Shown: piece after piece, positions 52,516 through 64,000 of the stretch
How positions within the stretch are numbered: the stretch's first letter is position 1
Layout: each line of letters begins with the position of its first letter
Source: Camelus ferus
Taxonomy: Eukaryota
Reading direction: 5' to 3'
Assembly: GCF_009834535.1 (NCBI RefSeq)
Contig: NC_045696.1
Span: forward strand, 47,990,001 to 48,054,000
DNA: 64,000 nucleotides
Notes under the pieces: generated by a model
Seen by the model: only the letters and a program-made list of their open reading frames with translations
Told to the model about the DNA's origin: nothing
Database searches by the model: none
Position numbers and translations under genes: made by a program

Positions 52516-53466
52516 TTGTTCTGCTCCACGGTGCTAGTAGTTGACAGCCTTTGTCTGCAGAGCCCTCAGGATCTTCTTGGGCTTTTTTTTTTTTTTTTAA
52601 CACCTTTATTATGCTATGATTTCTGTACAGTAAACTACACGTATTTCAGATGTACAATTTGTACAATGAAACCACCACCACAATCAAGACAGCTAACATT
52701 TCCATCACTCCTTAGAGGTGGAAATTTCGAATTCCCAGTTTATCCCTTCCCACCCCATTATCTCCTGGTAACCATAAGCTTGTTCTCTATGTCTTTGAGT
52801 CTGTTTCTGTTTTGTAGATAAGTTTGTGCCCTTTTTTTTTTTTTTAGAATTTCACATATAAGTGATATTGTGTTTTTCTTTCTCTTTTTGAGTTACTTCA
52901 CTTAGAATGACAATCTTCAGGTCCATCAACGTTGCTGCAAAAGGCATTATTTTATTCTTTTTTTATGGCTGGGTAGTATCCCATTGCATATATATATATC
53001 ACAACTTTTTTATCCATTCATCTGTCGATGGACATTTAGGTTGTTTCCATGTCATAAATAGTGCTGCTGTGAACTTTGGGGTACATGTGTCTTCTCAAAT
53101 TATGTTTCCCTCCAGATAAATGCCCAGGAGTGAGATTGCTGGATCATATGGCAAGAGGATCTTCTTGGGCTTCTGTTTGAGCTGAGGGCACACTTTTCTA
53201 AGCAGTCCACAGCCGATGACTGAGCATGATGGGACTGCGAGGGCTTGGCTGCTTCTACTCAACATGAGATGAGACTCCTCTAAAGGGCAGTCTTTGCGCC
53301 AGAGCTCTCCACTGGGTTGGCTTAGATTTTGGCCAATCTGTTTGACAGTCTGAGGCTTTCCTGCTCAATCTTGCTTTCTCTTTATTATTCACAAGAGTGA
53401 CCTCCCAATAAACCACTTGTGCTTCTAACTTCTCAGCATCTGCTTCCAGAAAGACTAACTGATGCA
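52516..53466 (+). mobile_element. ERVL-type LTR split by a retroinsertion
   Basis: Ends 'cccaataaacc...ctcagcatctgcttccaga'. Sequence is continuous across the TSD. Confidence 0.55.
52585..53155 (-). mobile_element. Chimeric 5'-truncated L1 insertion with 17-bp TSD
   Basis: Perfect TSD AGGATCTTCTTGGGCTT at 52568-52584 and 53156-53172. Poly(T) run to 52598 and AATAAA (minus strand) at 52605-52610. Confidence 0.9.
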
Positions 53467-54578
53467 GGACTGATTGCTTTCGAACATTCAAACAAGATTC
53501 AAACTAGATGATAGTATTGACATTAAAGAGTCAGATTCCCTTTCAGAAGTACCTTTTCCATATTTCACTCTCTCTCCCTTATTTACATACATTGCCCTTA
53601 ACTGCACAGTTATTTTATACAAGTGGAATCTTGCAGTCAAGTGTACTAGTTAAGAGCTCAAACTAGGACCTGCCTGCCAGATTAAACAACCCTCATTCAG
53701 TACTGTTATTGGCTGTGTGATGGGGACATGCCCAGTTCCTTTGTTTGCAGAAGTATAAAGTAATCATGCCACCTCGCATGAATATTAGCAAGAATAAATG
53801 AACTATTATACATAAAGCACTTAGAAGAGTATCTGCTGCAAAAAAGTGTTTATGAGTTTGCTATTATTAGCAGTACTATGGCTGTGAACCTTGTTTTCAG
53901 GCTGAGCAATATGTTGTGGACATCTCCCCATCTTCCTCATCTATTTCTTTCTTTTGTAAGGAAACAGGTACTTTTCTTAAATAAAGTAATGATTTTTTGT
54001 TTGCTTTTTAAACAATAGCTTTATTGAAGTATAACTGACATGTAACAACCTTCACTTAAAATGTACAGTTTGATAGGTTTTGATATATGTGAAACCATCA
54101 CCACGATCAAGACAGTGAAACTTTACCCCCAACATTTCCTCATGCCCGGTGGTAATGATCCTTTGCTTCTGCTCTTCCTTCCTCATTACCCACTCCCTGG
54201 GAAATGGCTCATCTGCTTCTGGTCATTAGTTTGCATTTATGGAATTATATAGTATGGACTATATTTTCCCTGTTTAGGATATGATATATACACCAAAGTT
54301 TTCTTTTTTTTTTGCCTATGGATATCAATTATTCCACCACTACTTGTTGAATAGATTCTTTTTCACTGTGTGCCTTCCTTTATGCCAGTACCACATTGTC
54401 TTGACCACAGGACCTTTATAAGTCTTAAAATCAGAATGTATTCATGCTCTATGTTCTCCCTTTCCAAAGTTGTTTTGGCTCAGAGAGATGACTTTAAAGA
54501 GATGATAAGGGATGGATTTGGCTTATTGCATTATTTCTTGAAAATAATTATTTTAAGTTTAATTAAAATGTCACTTTT

Positions 54579-55575
54579 ATAATAGACACCAAACCAAAGA
54601 AGATATACAGATGACACATAAGCATATTAAAAGATGCTTTACATCATATGTCATCAGGGAAATGCACATGAAAACAACAAGGAGATATTACTACACACCC
54701 ATCAGAATGGCCAAAGTCCAGAACACTGGCAGCATCCAATGCTGACAAGGATGTGGAGCAACAGCCACTCTTTCACTTATTGCTGGTGGGAATGCAAAAT
54801 GGTACAGCCCCTTTGGGAGGGAGCCAGTTGGGTGGTTTCTTACAAAACTACATGTATTCTTACTGTATGATCCAGCGATCATGCTCCTTGGTATTTACTC
54901 AAAGCAGTTAAAAAATTATGTTTACACAAAAGCCTGCACATGGATGTTAACAGCACTTTTATTCATCATTGCCAAAACTTGGAAGTGACTGAGATGTCTG
55001 TCAGTAGGTGAACGGATAAAGAAACTTTGGTACATCCAGACAGTGGAATATTATTCAGTGCTAAAAAGAAAAGAGCCATCAAGCCATAAAAAGACATGGA
55101 AAAACCTTAAATGCACATTGCTAAGTAAAAGGAGCCAATTTGAAAAGGCTGCACACTGTAGGATTCCAACTATATATTCTGGAAAAGGCAAAAGCTATGG
55201 AGACAGTAAAAAGATTAGTGGTTGCCAGGAGTTAGCGGGTAGAGAAGAAGGATGAACAGGCAGAGCACAGAGGATTTTTTTTTTAGGGCAGTGAAAATTA
55301 TGTAATTTCATAATTATGTAATTGTGGATATATGTCATCATACACTTGTCCAAACCCACAGAATGTACAACACCAAGAGTGAATCTACGGTAGACTGTGA
55401 ACTTTGGGTGATCATGATGTCAGTGTAGGCTCATCAGGTACAGCAATGGACCAGTCTGGTGGGGAAGGTTGATAATGAGGAAGGTTATGCACATGTAGGG
55501 GCAGGGGTTCTATGGGAAATCGCTTCCTCTTAATTTTGCTGCGAACCTGAAACTCCTGTAAAAATTAACCCTTAA
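54579..55575 (+). mobile_element. L1MC1-like 3' end
   Basis: 'ccaaacccacagaatgtacaacaccaagagtgaa' 3' UTR. TSD-like AAAATGTCAC(T/C)TTT at 54565-54578 and 55576-55589. Confidence 0.8.
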
Positions 55576-56119
55576 AAAATGTCACCTTTCAGGGGAACTT
55601 AATCTGGGTCTTGGCCATGGCATCATTGAGTAGAATTGCTTCATCACAGTGGCATTTGTGATGGTAGCAGGTGCTTCTCTGCCTGTTGAGAGAATTTGTT
55701 GATGCACACAACGCAGCCAGCAGTGGCTGACCCAGATCCTCTTAGCATAATATCTGAGACCTCAATCTTCTGAAACACCACCTGCTCATGGCAGAGTGAT
55801 GGGGCTCTCACAGGCACTGGCCGTGACCGCCTTCAGCCCCTTTAACAAAGAGCAGCCCACTAGGTCTTGGTGCCTGGGCTTCAGTGCTGCTGCTCGGCCT
55901 TGACCTGTGGGACATTATTGCCTCCTTTACTGGCTGCTGCTTCCACTCAAAAGCCAAACTGCTGCAAATAAAGAAACTCAACCCCAAGCGGAGTCCAAGC
56001 GTGGAGGACATAAAGTTCTTCCAGAGCTTTAGTGGTGGGTGTGTGGAAGTGGGGCAGATGAGTCTGAAAAGAAGGCTGCTGGTGAGAATGTTCACGTTCC
56101 TGCTGATGCTGCAGTCCTT

Positions 56120-56372
56120 AGGGATAAATTGGGAGTTCGAGATTTGCAGATACTAACTGCTATATATAAAATAGAAAAACAACGGGTTTATACTGTATAG
56201 CACAGGGAACTACATTCAATATCTTGTAGTAACATATAATGAAAAAGAATATGAAACTGAATATATGTATGTATATTTATGAATGAAACATTATGCTGTA
56301 CACCAGAAATTGACACAGCATTGTAAATTGACTATACTTCAATAATAATACTAAAAAAGCCAACCAAAAAAA
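56120..56372 (+). mobile_element. Young-type L1 3' UTR fragment
   Basis: 'gggataaattgggagttcgagatttgc...gctgtacaccagaaattgacaca' plus an A-rich tail. Confidence 0.85.
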
Positions 56373-59300
56373 GTCACCTGGAGGTAGCTGGAGCCAGCTA
56401 GAGAGTGTACATCCAGGCTCCACCTTATTGGGAGAATGTTCTTAGGTTCCATTTTCCTGTACCATTTAGGAAGAGGGGATCAAGAATAATCTTAGAGGCT
56501 GGCTCCTGGAATGACCTAGATAGGGCTGAAAGTAGTCAAAGCATCTGGACTGGCAAGGAACTCTGCAAGTGAGTGGTTACTTAGTTAACTATGAGGATAA
56601 GCAGGTGACAAGATTAGATTATAGCAAGTGCACATGTATCTGGTGGAGGAGGTTCAAGGATCAATATGGATTAACACAGTCACTGGACTTGACATAGTTC
56701 GGTCAGGGGGAAAATATGCTTCACAAATAAGTCATTTAAAAGATTTTTTATCTAACATGCTCAAAAACATAATCATTTTCAAATTGATTCTATAAACACC
56801 TAATCCTGGCTGGGAGCTGGGGACACAGAGATGAATCATGTCTTGGACCTTGCCTTTAAGGAGCTGTCTAAAAGGCGGGGATTTTTTGAGGTCCCTTTCT
56901 TCCCTCTGCAGCTGTGTGGAGCAACACATGTGGATCAGGAATCTCACATTCACCAGGGGCCCGTTACTGGAGCTGGCCGTGACTGCTGGAGACTTCCACA
57001 GGAAGCTCGTTATGGAGAACCCGCCAAGTGCTTTGAGGTCTCTGTGCCTTCATTCTCCTCCATCCTCCTCTAATGGCCTGCCTGGAAGTTGACAGAGCAT
57101 GAAAGCTATCAAAAGTAGGCTGTTTCATGTAGCTCTCAGAGAAAACTTTTTTTGTTTACTGTGGGTAATTGTTCCTTTTTTGGTGGTGTTGCCTTTAGTG
57201 CCTCTGGTTTCCCGGCTTTAATGAGCTGCCAGTTTTCATTCTTAGGTGAGAAGGAAACAATACAGTCACTATGTAAACAAGATAAATAAGTAAATGCAAG
57301 TGAAAAGGTGAAATGCTCAACACCTCGATTAGAGATGCTGGTGGATCAATGTGTTTGTGGATCAGAATTCGACGTGCATTACGTTTCTCAGGTTTTGAGA
57401 TGAAAGTTGTTTTATTTCTCACAGGGAATTAAACCTTTCAAGGGACTCTCTAATAAAAGTGCTGGATGTTTATCAGAGGCTTCCCCTGTCCTACTGAAAG
57501 CAGGTAATTCAATAGCTCTGGGTACTTACTGAAGGTCACTTGGTGTGGTTTGGACTATTTGCTTCTTCCCGTCCCCCTGTTCCACTTCAAAACTGCAAAT
57601 CTCATGGAACTATTTCACCTAACCGAACTCTTGTAGGAAAAACTGTAATTCTTCTTCAAAATTATAAATCATAATAAAAGTAAATGTTGTAATATGCAGT
57701 ATAAATCTACAGATTTATTATGCCAAGAAGTGCTCACCTTCTACTTACGACGGAGGTGATGTGTCACATGGAGAGACTCCGCAACACGTTGACAAAGAGC
57801 ACACGTGAAGCCTGTGTCATGTGGAAAGTTAAGCTGCAGTTTACAGATTCCCACCCTGAAGGCTTAGTTGTACATTGAATGGAATGTCTATCAAGATGCC
57901 TTTTTCCCATCGTAACTCTTTAGGTTTTGGGTTATTAGCCTTATTTTACCAATGAGGAAATTGAGGCTTTGAGCAATGAAATAACTTGCCCAAAGCCCCA
58001 TGTTCACTAAGTTGTAGAGAGGACTTCAGACCCAGGATTCTTTGCCTTGACCGTCCTGTCTTTCTCCCCGCATTCCTGGCTGACTGCTAAATCTCAGGAA
58101 TGCTGTCTGCATTGGGCAGATTTTATGTAAAACCATTGCTGCTTTCAATGAAGGATTCTGCTGTGTGTCCCCTGGTGCATTTAAAAATATCCATCATTCA
58201 GACTGGCATGGCTATGACAGTTACTGAATCTTTCAAGCAAACAAGGTCACAGATTTTCAAGAGAATATCTATATCCTCTTTATTCTTGTTTCTGAGGGCT
58301 AACATATTCATAATACTTAATTTATTAAGGTCAATCCAAACCCCACAAATAATATAGAGGAATATAAATAGATTCCATTGATGTATACTCTTTCTGCCTC
58401 AATTACTGGTAAATAAAATTCAAATACAGATAATCTAATACTATATTATACTTAATATTTGATTTTTTTCTATGTTTAGATTTAATATAAATATTTTAAA
58501 ATAAAAAATCGAACTTCTGTAGAAATAAAATGTGCATATGATTTGTTTTATATTTGAAATACCTATTCTTATGTATCATAATATGTAGTTGTCAGCTCAC
58601 AGCTGTGACAGTGCATTAGAAATAAGAGTAATCAAAAACATTTTTAATTTTAATTTTTAGGATGTACATCCTGGTGTTGAAGCAGGTTGTTTCTGTTTTC
58701 ATATGTTTATGTTTTCCTCATTTGATTCAAGATCTTGGTCCATCATAAATGTTCCCTATAGTAATTTTTCCATCTCCAGTGTAAAAATATCAGTAATGAT
58801 TTGCCACCAATTAAACTGATTCTTAGAACTGATGACATGATTTTTAGGGACAATAGGGTACTGTATAGGTTTAGAAATAAGAAGAAGGAAGAAAGTATGT
58901 CAAATTTGTTTCCAATAAAATAAATAAAAGTGGGTATAATTGTATATCATTGGCAATTTACATCCTAAAGTGTTAGATGTAGAAAAGACTGTAGAGGCCA
59001 AGTGTCAAGTGTCCCTTTGTTCTCTCTCTTCGTATATACATTATATATGTATAATACACCTTATAACACATTCTATATACATGTAATCATCTCTTTTCAT
59101 ATATTATATATATAATCTTCTATGATTGTAAATTAATTCAACTGGAAATACAATTTTACATTGTTTGCTATGATAATAATTATCAAGTTAAGTAATATTT
59201 TTGATGTCTTACTCTCTCATTCAGAGGACCTCAAAATTGTGTGTGTGCAAATCCACAACAATGGAAGGTCAAGTAATTGCATTTTTAACCACTCAGTTAT

Positions 59301-61310
59301 GCATGCAGAATGATGTATGCAGTATTTTCTATATGCTTGCAATTTAGAGGAGCCTTTCAAATGCTCAGTTTAAGGACATTCAAATTACAAAAAACAAAGT
59401 CAATTTTTGTATTTTATATTCAATGCAGAATCATCAGATTTCTTTTTGCCTGGCGAGGGGTAGCTCAGCATAGAGAAAAATGCTTAGACACAATTTATTA
59501 GCTATTTGACCTGATTTTCTCTCATGGACAATGGAACTAATAAAAGTTACATGAAGGTTTCTTAGTAAGGTTAAAAATAAGATGTTAAATCAACCAATGC
59601 TTATTAAGAACCTGCAATGTGCTAAACTCAGAGCAAAGCAATTAACATAGTGTCTGGGATAGAGTAGGCATTTAGTGAATGGGAGCACTTTATTATAACC
59701 TAATATGTGTTTCCCTTATGATCAAATGTTTTATGCCTTTTGATTTGTTTGTTTCCAGCAGTGCACTGGCCCTAGAGTGAAGTCTGCCTGGTAACCTTGT
59801 TTCTTTAGTGGTTTGACCCTGTAGACTTGAAAATTTACATGGTAGTTTCAATACTTAGCTAAATCTGCTGTCTTCCAGAGAGAGTCATGAAATTATGTCC
59901 TCATTCAAATGCCCATAACCTAAAATAAATCAGTTACCTTAAGGAAAGCCAACCAGCCAAAACCAGCCCTTGCCCTTCTGAATTTAAAAAATTTTGATAT
60001 TTCAATTTTGGGGAGGAGGAGGAAGAGAAGCTGTAAGAGTATTTCCAGTGTGTGATTATCCTTTCCCTTACCAAACATTGCATTTATTATCGAAAAAGTA
60101 GAAAAAAGAAGTGAGTGGACTGGAGAAATTGTGAGGCATATTGCTGAAAAAGATGGACTGAGAGGGGACATCAGTGGCTTGCATGATTTTAAACCAATTG
60201 CAAGATTTATGTAAACTTTGCTTAAAATGATCTTTCTGTATCTATGGCACTTGAAAGAAAACAATGAGAGGAAGGAAAATTATATCTTAGTTTATGATAT
60301 TACAGTTGGTTATTCCTGGGAAGCAAAGATGCCTACTCAGCGTAGTGTGTTCAACACATACTACTAAATGAAGCTAGGCCGGCGTGGATGCACTGAGTGT
60401 GGTACTAGACAGTGGGGAATCAGGTGGACCAAAAGGGTTCATGCGGCTTGCTGGATTGTTAGGTCTTTATATTGTGCACAGTCTGGTACATTGTGCCAGA
60501 TAACGCCTCCCTAGCTATAAGGTCCTTGAGGACAGGCTGTGTTTTACGTATTTATATGTTCTCCACAGCCTTCAGAGATCCTCATAGAGACCTAGCTCTT
60601 CATAAATATTTGTTAACCGATAGTCTGCCTGACTGACTGAAAACATTAAATAAAGTGTGATTTTCTGACATTTAATGGCTCTCATTTTCAGTGTTTTAGC
60701 TTTCTTTTATTCACGGTTCAGGAAGAAAGCATCCTGATTTAAAAGCTGCTTGTGATGTTACATCAGTAAAAGTCCGGTGAGCACTGCAGCTCTGCCCTCT
60801 CCACGCCGCCTGAGTCACAGCCCATCATCACAGCAGAGTGTTCTGTAACCCGGAGCAGTTAAGTCTGATTTCTTTCCAATACCTTGACTATCTCTTCTGT
60901 CCTGCATGCTTGCTTCTAATTAACTGAAGGTGAAGGACTGTGTCAATGCCACCTCTTCTGTCAAATCCATTTATTTATTCTCTCCCACACAACTTGCAAA
61001 CGAGAGGACCAGAGACAACTCCCAGTGGGTTTCTGTAGTATAGGGGAAAAAAAGCAACTAGGAGGCAGTAGTTGCAGCCTGGGTCCATTAAATTAGCATG
61101 TACGTTTATATACTGGCCAGAAGCATGTGACCTGGAATCAAAAGAGCTGGATTCAAATTCTGCCTCTTGCCGTTTGCTGTTTGTGTGACCACCGGTAAAT
61201 GACTTATCCACCCCTCCTCCCTTTAATCTTTTTTCTTGGTTGAAAAGTGTACACCAAATGCTTAAGCTCTTTTAACCTTAGTTTCTTTGCCAAAAAAATT
61301 TTTTAAAATG

Positions 61311-61722
61311 CAGATGGCCACCAATCACATGAAAAGATGCTCAATATTGCTAATTACCAGAGATGCAAATCAAAACTGCAATGAGATGTCACCTCACACC
61401 TGTCAGAATGGCCATCATCAAAAAGAACACAAATAACAAATATTAATGAGAATATGGAGAAAAGGGGAGCCCATACACTGTTACTGGGCATGTAGATTGA
61501 TGCAGCCATTGTAAAAAATTGTATAGAGGTTTCTCAAAAAAATAAAAATAGAACTACTGTATGACCTAGCAATTCCACTCTTGGGAATATATCCAAAAAA
61601 AGAAAAACACTCATTTGAAAAGATACATGTACCTCAGTGTTCATAGAAGTATTATTTACAATAGCCAAGACATGGAAACAACCTAAGTGTTCACCAACAG
61701 ATGAACGGATAAAGAAGATATG

Positions 61723-61761
<39 letters not shown>

Positions 61762-62125
61762 TGAAATGAAATACTACTCAGCTATAAAAAAGAATGAAAT
61801 TTTGCCATTTGTAGCAACATAGATGAACTTGGAGGCCATTATGCTAAGTGAAATAAGTCAGAGAAAGACAGCTACTATATGATACTGCTTATATGTGGAG
61901 TCTAAATATTACAACAAACTACTGAATATAACAGTAAAGAAGCAGTCACAGATACAGAGAACAAACTAGTGGGTAATACAGGGGCAGGAGAGTGGGAGGT
62001 ACAAACTACTAAGTGTAAGATGGGCTACAAAGGTGTATTGTACAATGTGGGGAATATAGCCAGTATTTGGTAATAGCTATAAATGGAGTGTAACATTTTA
62101 AAATTGTATGCAAAATAGAAAAACT
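61311..62125 (+). mobile_element. 5'-truncated L1 (ORF2 end plus 3' UTR) containing (TG)n at ~61725-61758
   Basis: ORF 61637-61822 (LFTIAKTWKQPKC). The 3' UTR resembles that of the 5195-6797 element. Confidence 0.85.
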
Positions 62126-62769
62126 GAAATCAGGAAAAAGAGCTGTAGCTATCGTGTAGATTTGTCTTAAAGATTAAATGAAATAATCCATGTAAAGTAG
62201 TTTCACCCTGTATGGTGCACAGTTTGCCCTCAGTAAATATGTTTCCTACTATTGCTGTTGTTCCTATTCTTTCTACATCATCTTTGTCTTACAGTCTGTT
62301 GTATGGCTCTTTATACGTCATCAGTATATAGACTGTTTTACAGCTCAATATCAATTTTTCTGCCTCATTCACCCCAATATGATCTGAAGTGAATCTTCCT
62401 CCCTCCCTCTCTGTCTCTGTTTCTCTCTCCATCTTTCTTTTTACTCTAGCTCTTGTAGGTGCCAAGAGTTTTAGGTTTAAGCTCATCTGGGACTCTATTT
62501 ATTTACTGCTTTGCCTTTATTTTTGTTCACTACTCATCGTGTCCTTTCTTTTTGACTTTCTGAATTGGAAACTTTATACCTGAACTTGATGGAAAGTCAA
62601 TCTGCTGTAGTTCTGAAGCTGCTATCTGTGTGAAGCTCCAGTAATAACTGCAGAAACTACAGAAGCTTTTAAATCAGCAGAGTTCACCTTGCTGTTCTAA
62701 TTTAAACTTATTTTGGATAGTTCTTGGATAGTGCAGTTTCTGAGGTCTTCGATTATTAATCTGATGTTT

Positions 62770-63204
62770 TGATTACCGAGTCCAAGCTTATACCGCTCAC
62801 CACATGACAGGCCAATAAACTGAGAAACTTGAGTTGCTGGGGCAAGGAATAGTGCCTTTATTTGTAAAGTCAGGAGACTGAGAACATGTTGGACTAATAT
62901 CCCAAAGAACCATCTTCCCCGAGTTAGAATTCAGGCTTCTTTTATACTGAAAGAGAAGAGGGTAGAGTCCTGGTTCTGGCCAGACTCTGGAGGGTATGTG
63001 TTAATTTCTTCCTTCCTGCAGCCATTCACAGATGGGCCAGGTCATGATACTTCCTGTGAGCTAAACAAAGGTGTTTTAGCTTAACGCTCATTACCTGGGC
63101 AGCAGGGTTCCCAGAGATGGGCCATTACGTATAATTCAAGCTTATAAGCAACATCCCTTTAGTGATTAGCTTGTAATAGAACACAAAGGTTCTTCCCCGT
63201 TACA
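62770..63204 (-). mobile_element. ERV1-like solo LTR
   Basis: The minus strand starts TGTAAC at 63204, has TATAAAA near 62940-62946, then AATAAA at 62857-62862, and ends ...GGTAATCA. Confidence 0.75.
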
Positions 63205-64000
63205 TTTTGAATTATTGAACATGATCATGTCCATTTCTCCATTAAAAAATCTGCTGATGCCAGCACTCTTCATTCACACAGCATCCTATTCAGAGGCAAG
63301 TTCGAGTCGGGGGCAGCTGTATGTACCAAGTCTCTTCTCTAGGACAGTGGCCCCACCTCATGTTGCTGTCTTTGTGTAGGGCAACTGTGAGAGTAGCCTG
63401 TAAGGGGAACAGCCTGAGTTTGGGTGTCCAACTGCTTGACCTTGAATGAGATTTCTTTGAGAGATCCTGGAAATGGCTGCTATCCAACTCCTGGAAACCT
63501 TGGGGGAAGTAGATAGCATGTGAAGCCTTTTTCACTGGGAGTAGGAGCCGCTGGTCCCTTCTTGCTCGTTGCCAGGCAACTCAGAGTCACCTATGATCAT
63601 TCCCTGGACAATCCTGCATGCCACCACAATAAGTTAATTATGATATCTAAAATTAGTAACTAATAAATTATTAAGATCTAAAAATTAGTAATTCACTAGT
63701 GATCTTATCAACAATGACTAATTAATAGATCTAATGATAACTTATGAGATCTTAATAAAGCTGAAATTAAATTGAATAGGAAATGGAAATCATGTTAATA
63801 ATGTGGGGAAGTTATATGAGATGCACTAAAAGCCAGATACAAAAGTTTAGAGTTGCTATGACAAGAAATGAGGATCCATAGAGGGTTTTTAAGTCAGAAA
63901 ATTGCACATGAAGGGAGCATTCAGGGATTACTGGTCCAGCAGCAATAATCAACCAATTAGGCAGGAGATGGTGAGAGTGAGGGAAGGCTGTTCTAGAGCC

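Noticed and set aside
52719..56150. L1 pieces at 52.7 kb and 56.1 kb as two halves of one inverted element
   Set aside because: Their ~25-nt overlap differs at several positions, and the 52.6-kb insert is already closed by its own TSD.
1..64000. Prokaryote-type systems (CRISPR, operons, retrons) or a host protein-coding gene
   Set aside because: The sequence is mammalian repeat-rich DNA with no regular repeat-spacer array, and the only RT is canonical L1 ORF2. Small exons could still have been missed.

Overview
AT-rich mammalian genomic DNA, dominated by transposable elements, with no host protein-coding gene I can recognise. Four tRNA-Ala-derived SINEs of the vic-1 type suggest a camelid (inference). 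The centrepiece is a young full-length LINE-1 on the minus strand (~23929-31037). It has a 10-bp TSD, a CpG-rich 5' UTR with a YY1 site, and ORF1 and ORF2 each broken by a single small frameshift. It is nested in an L1MA-type element, which is nested in a near-full-length ancient L1. The most unexpected items are a tailless, TSD-less spliced FUS cDNA fragment inside an old L1 (~41008-41264) and a single-TSD chimeric retroinsert (52585-53155) joining a young L1 3' piece to an ancient L1 3' terminus. I see no evidence of a wholly new biological system. Repeat family names come from recalled consensus similarity, not a search, and boundaries of old repeats are approximate.
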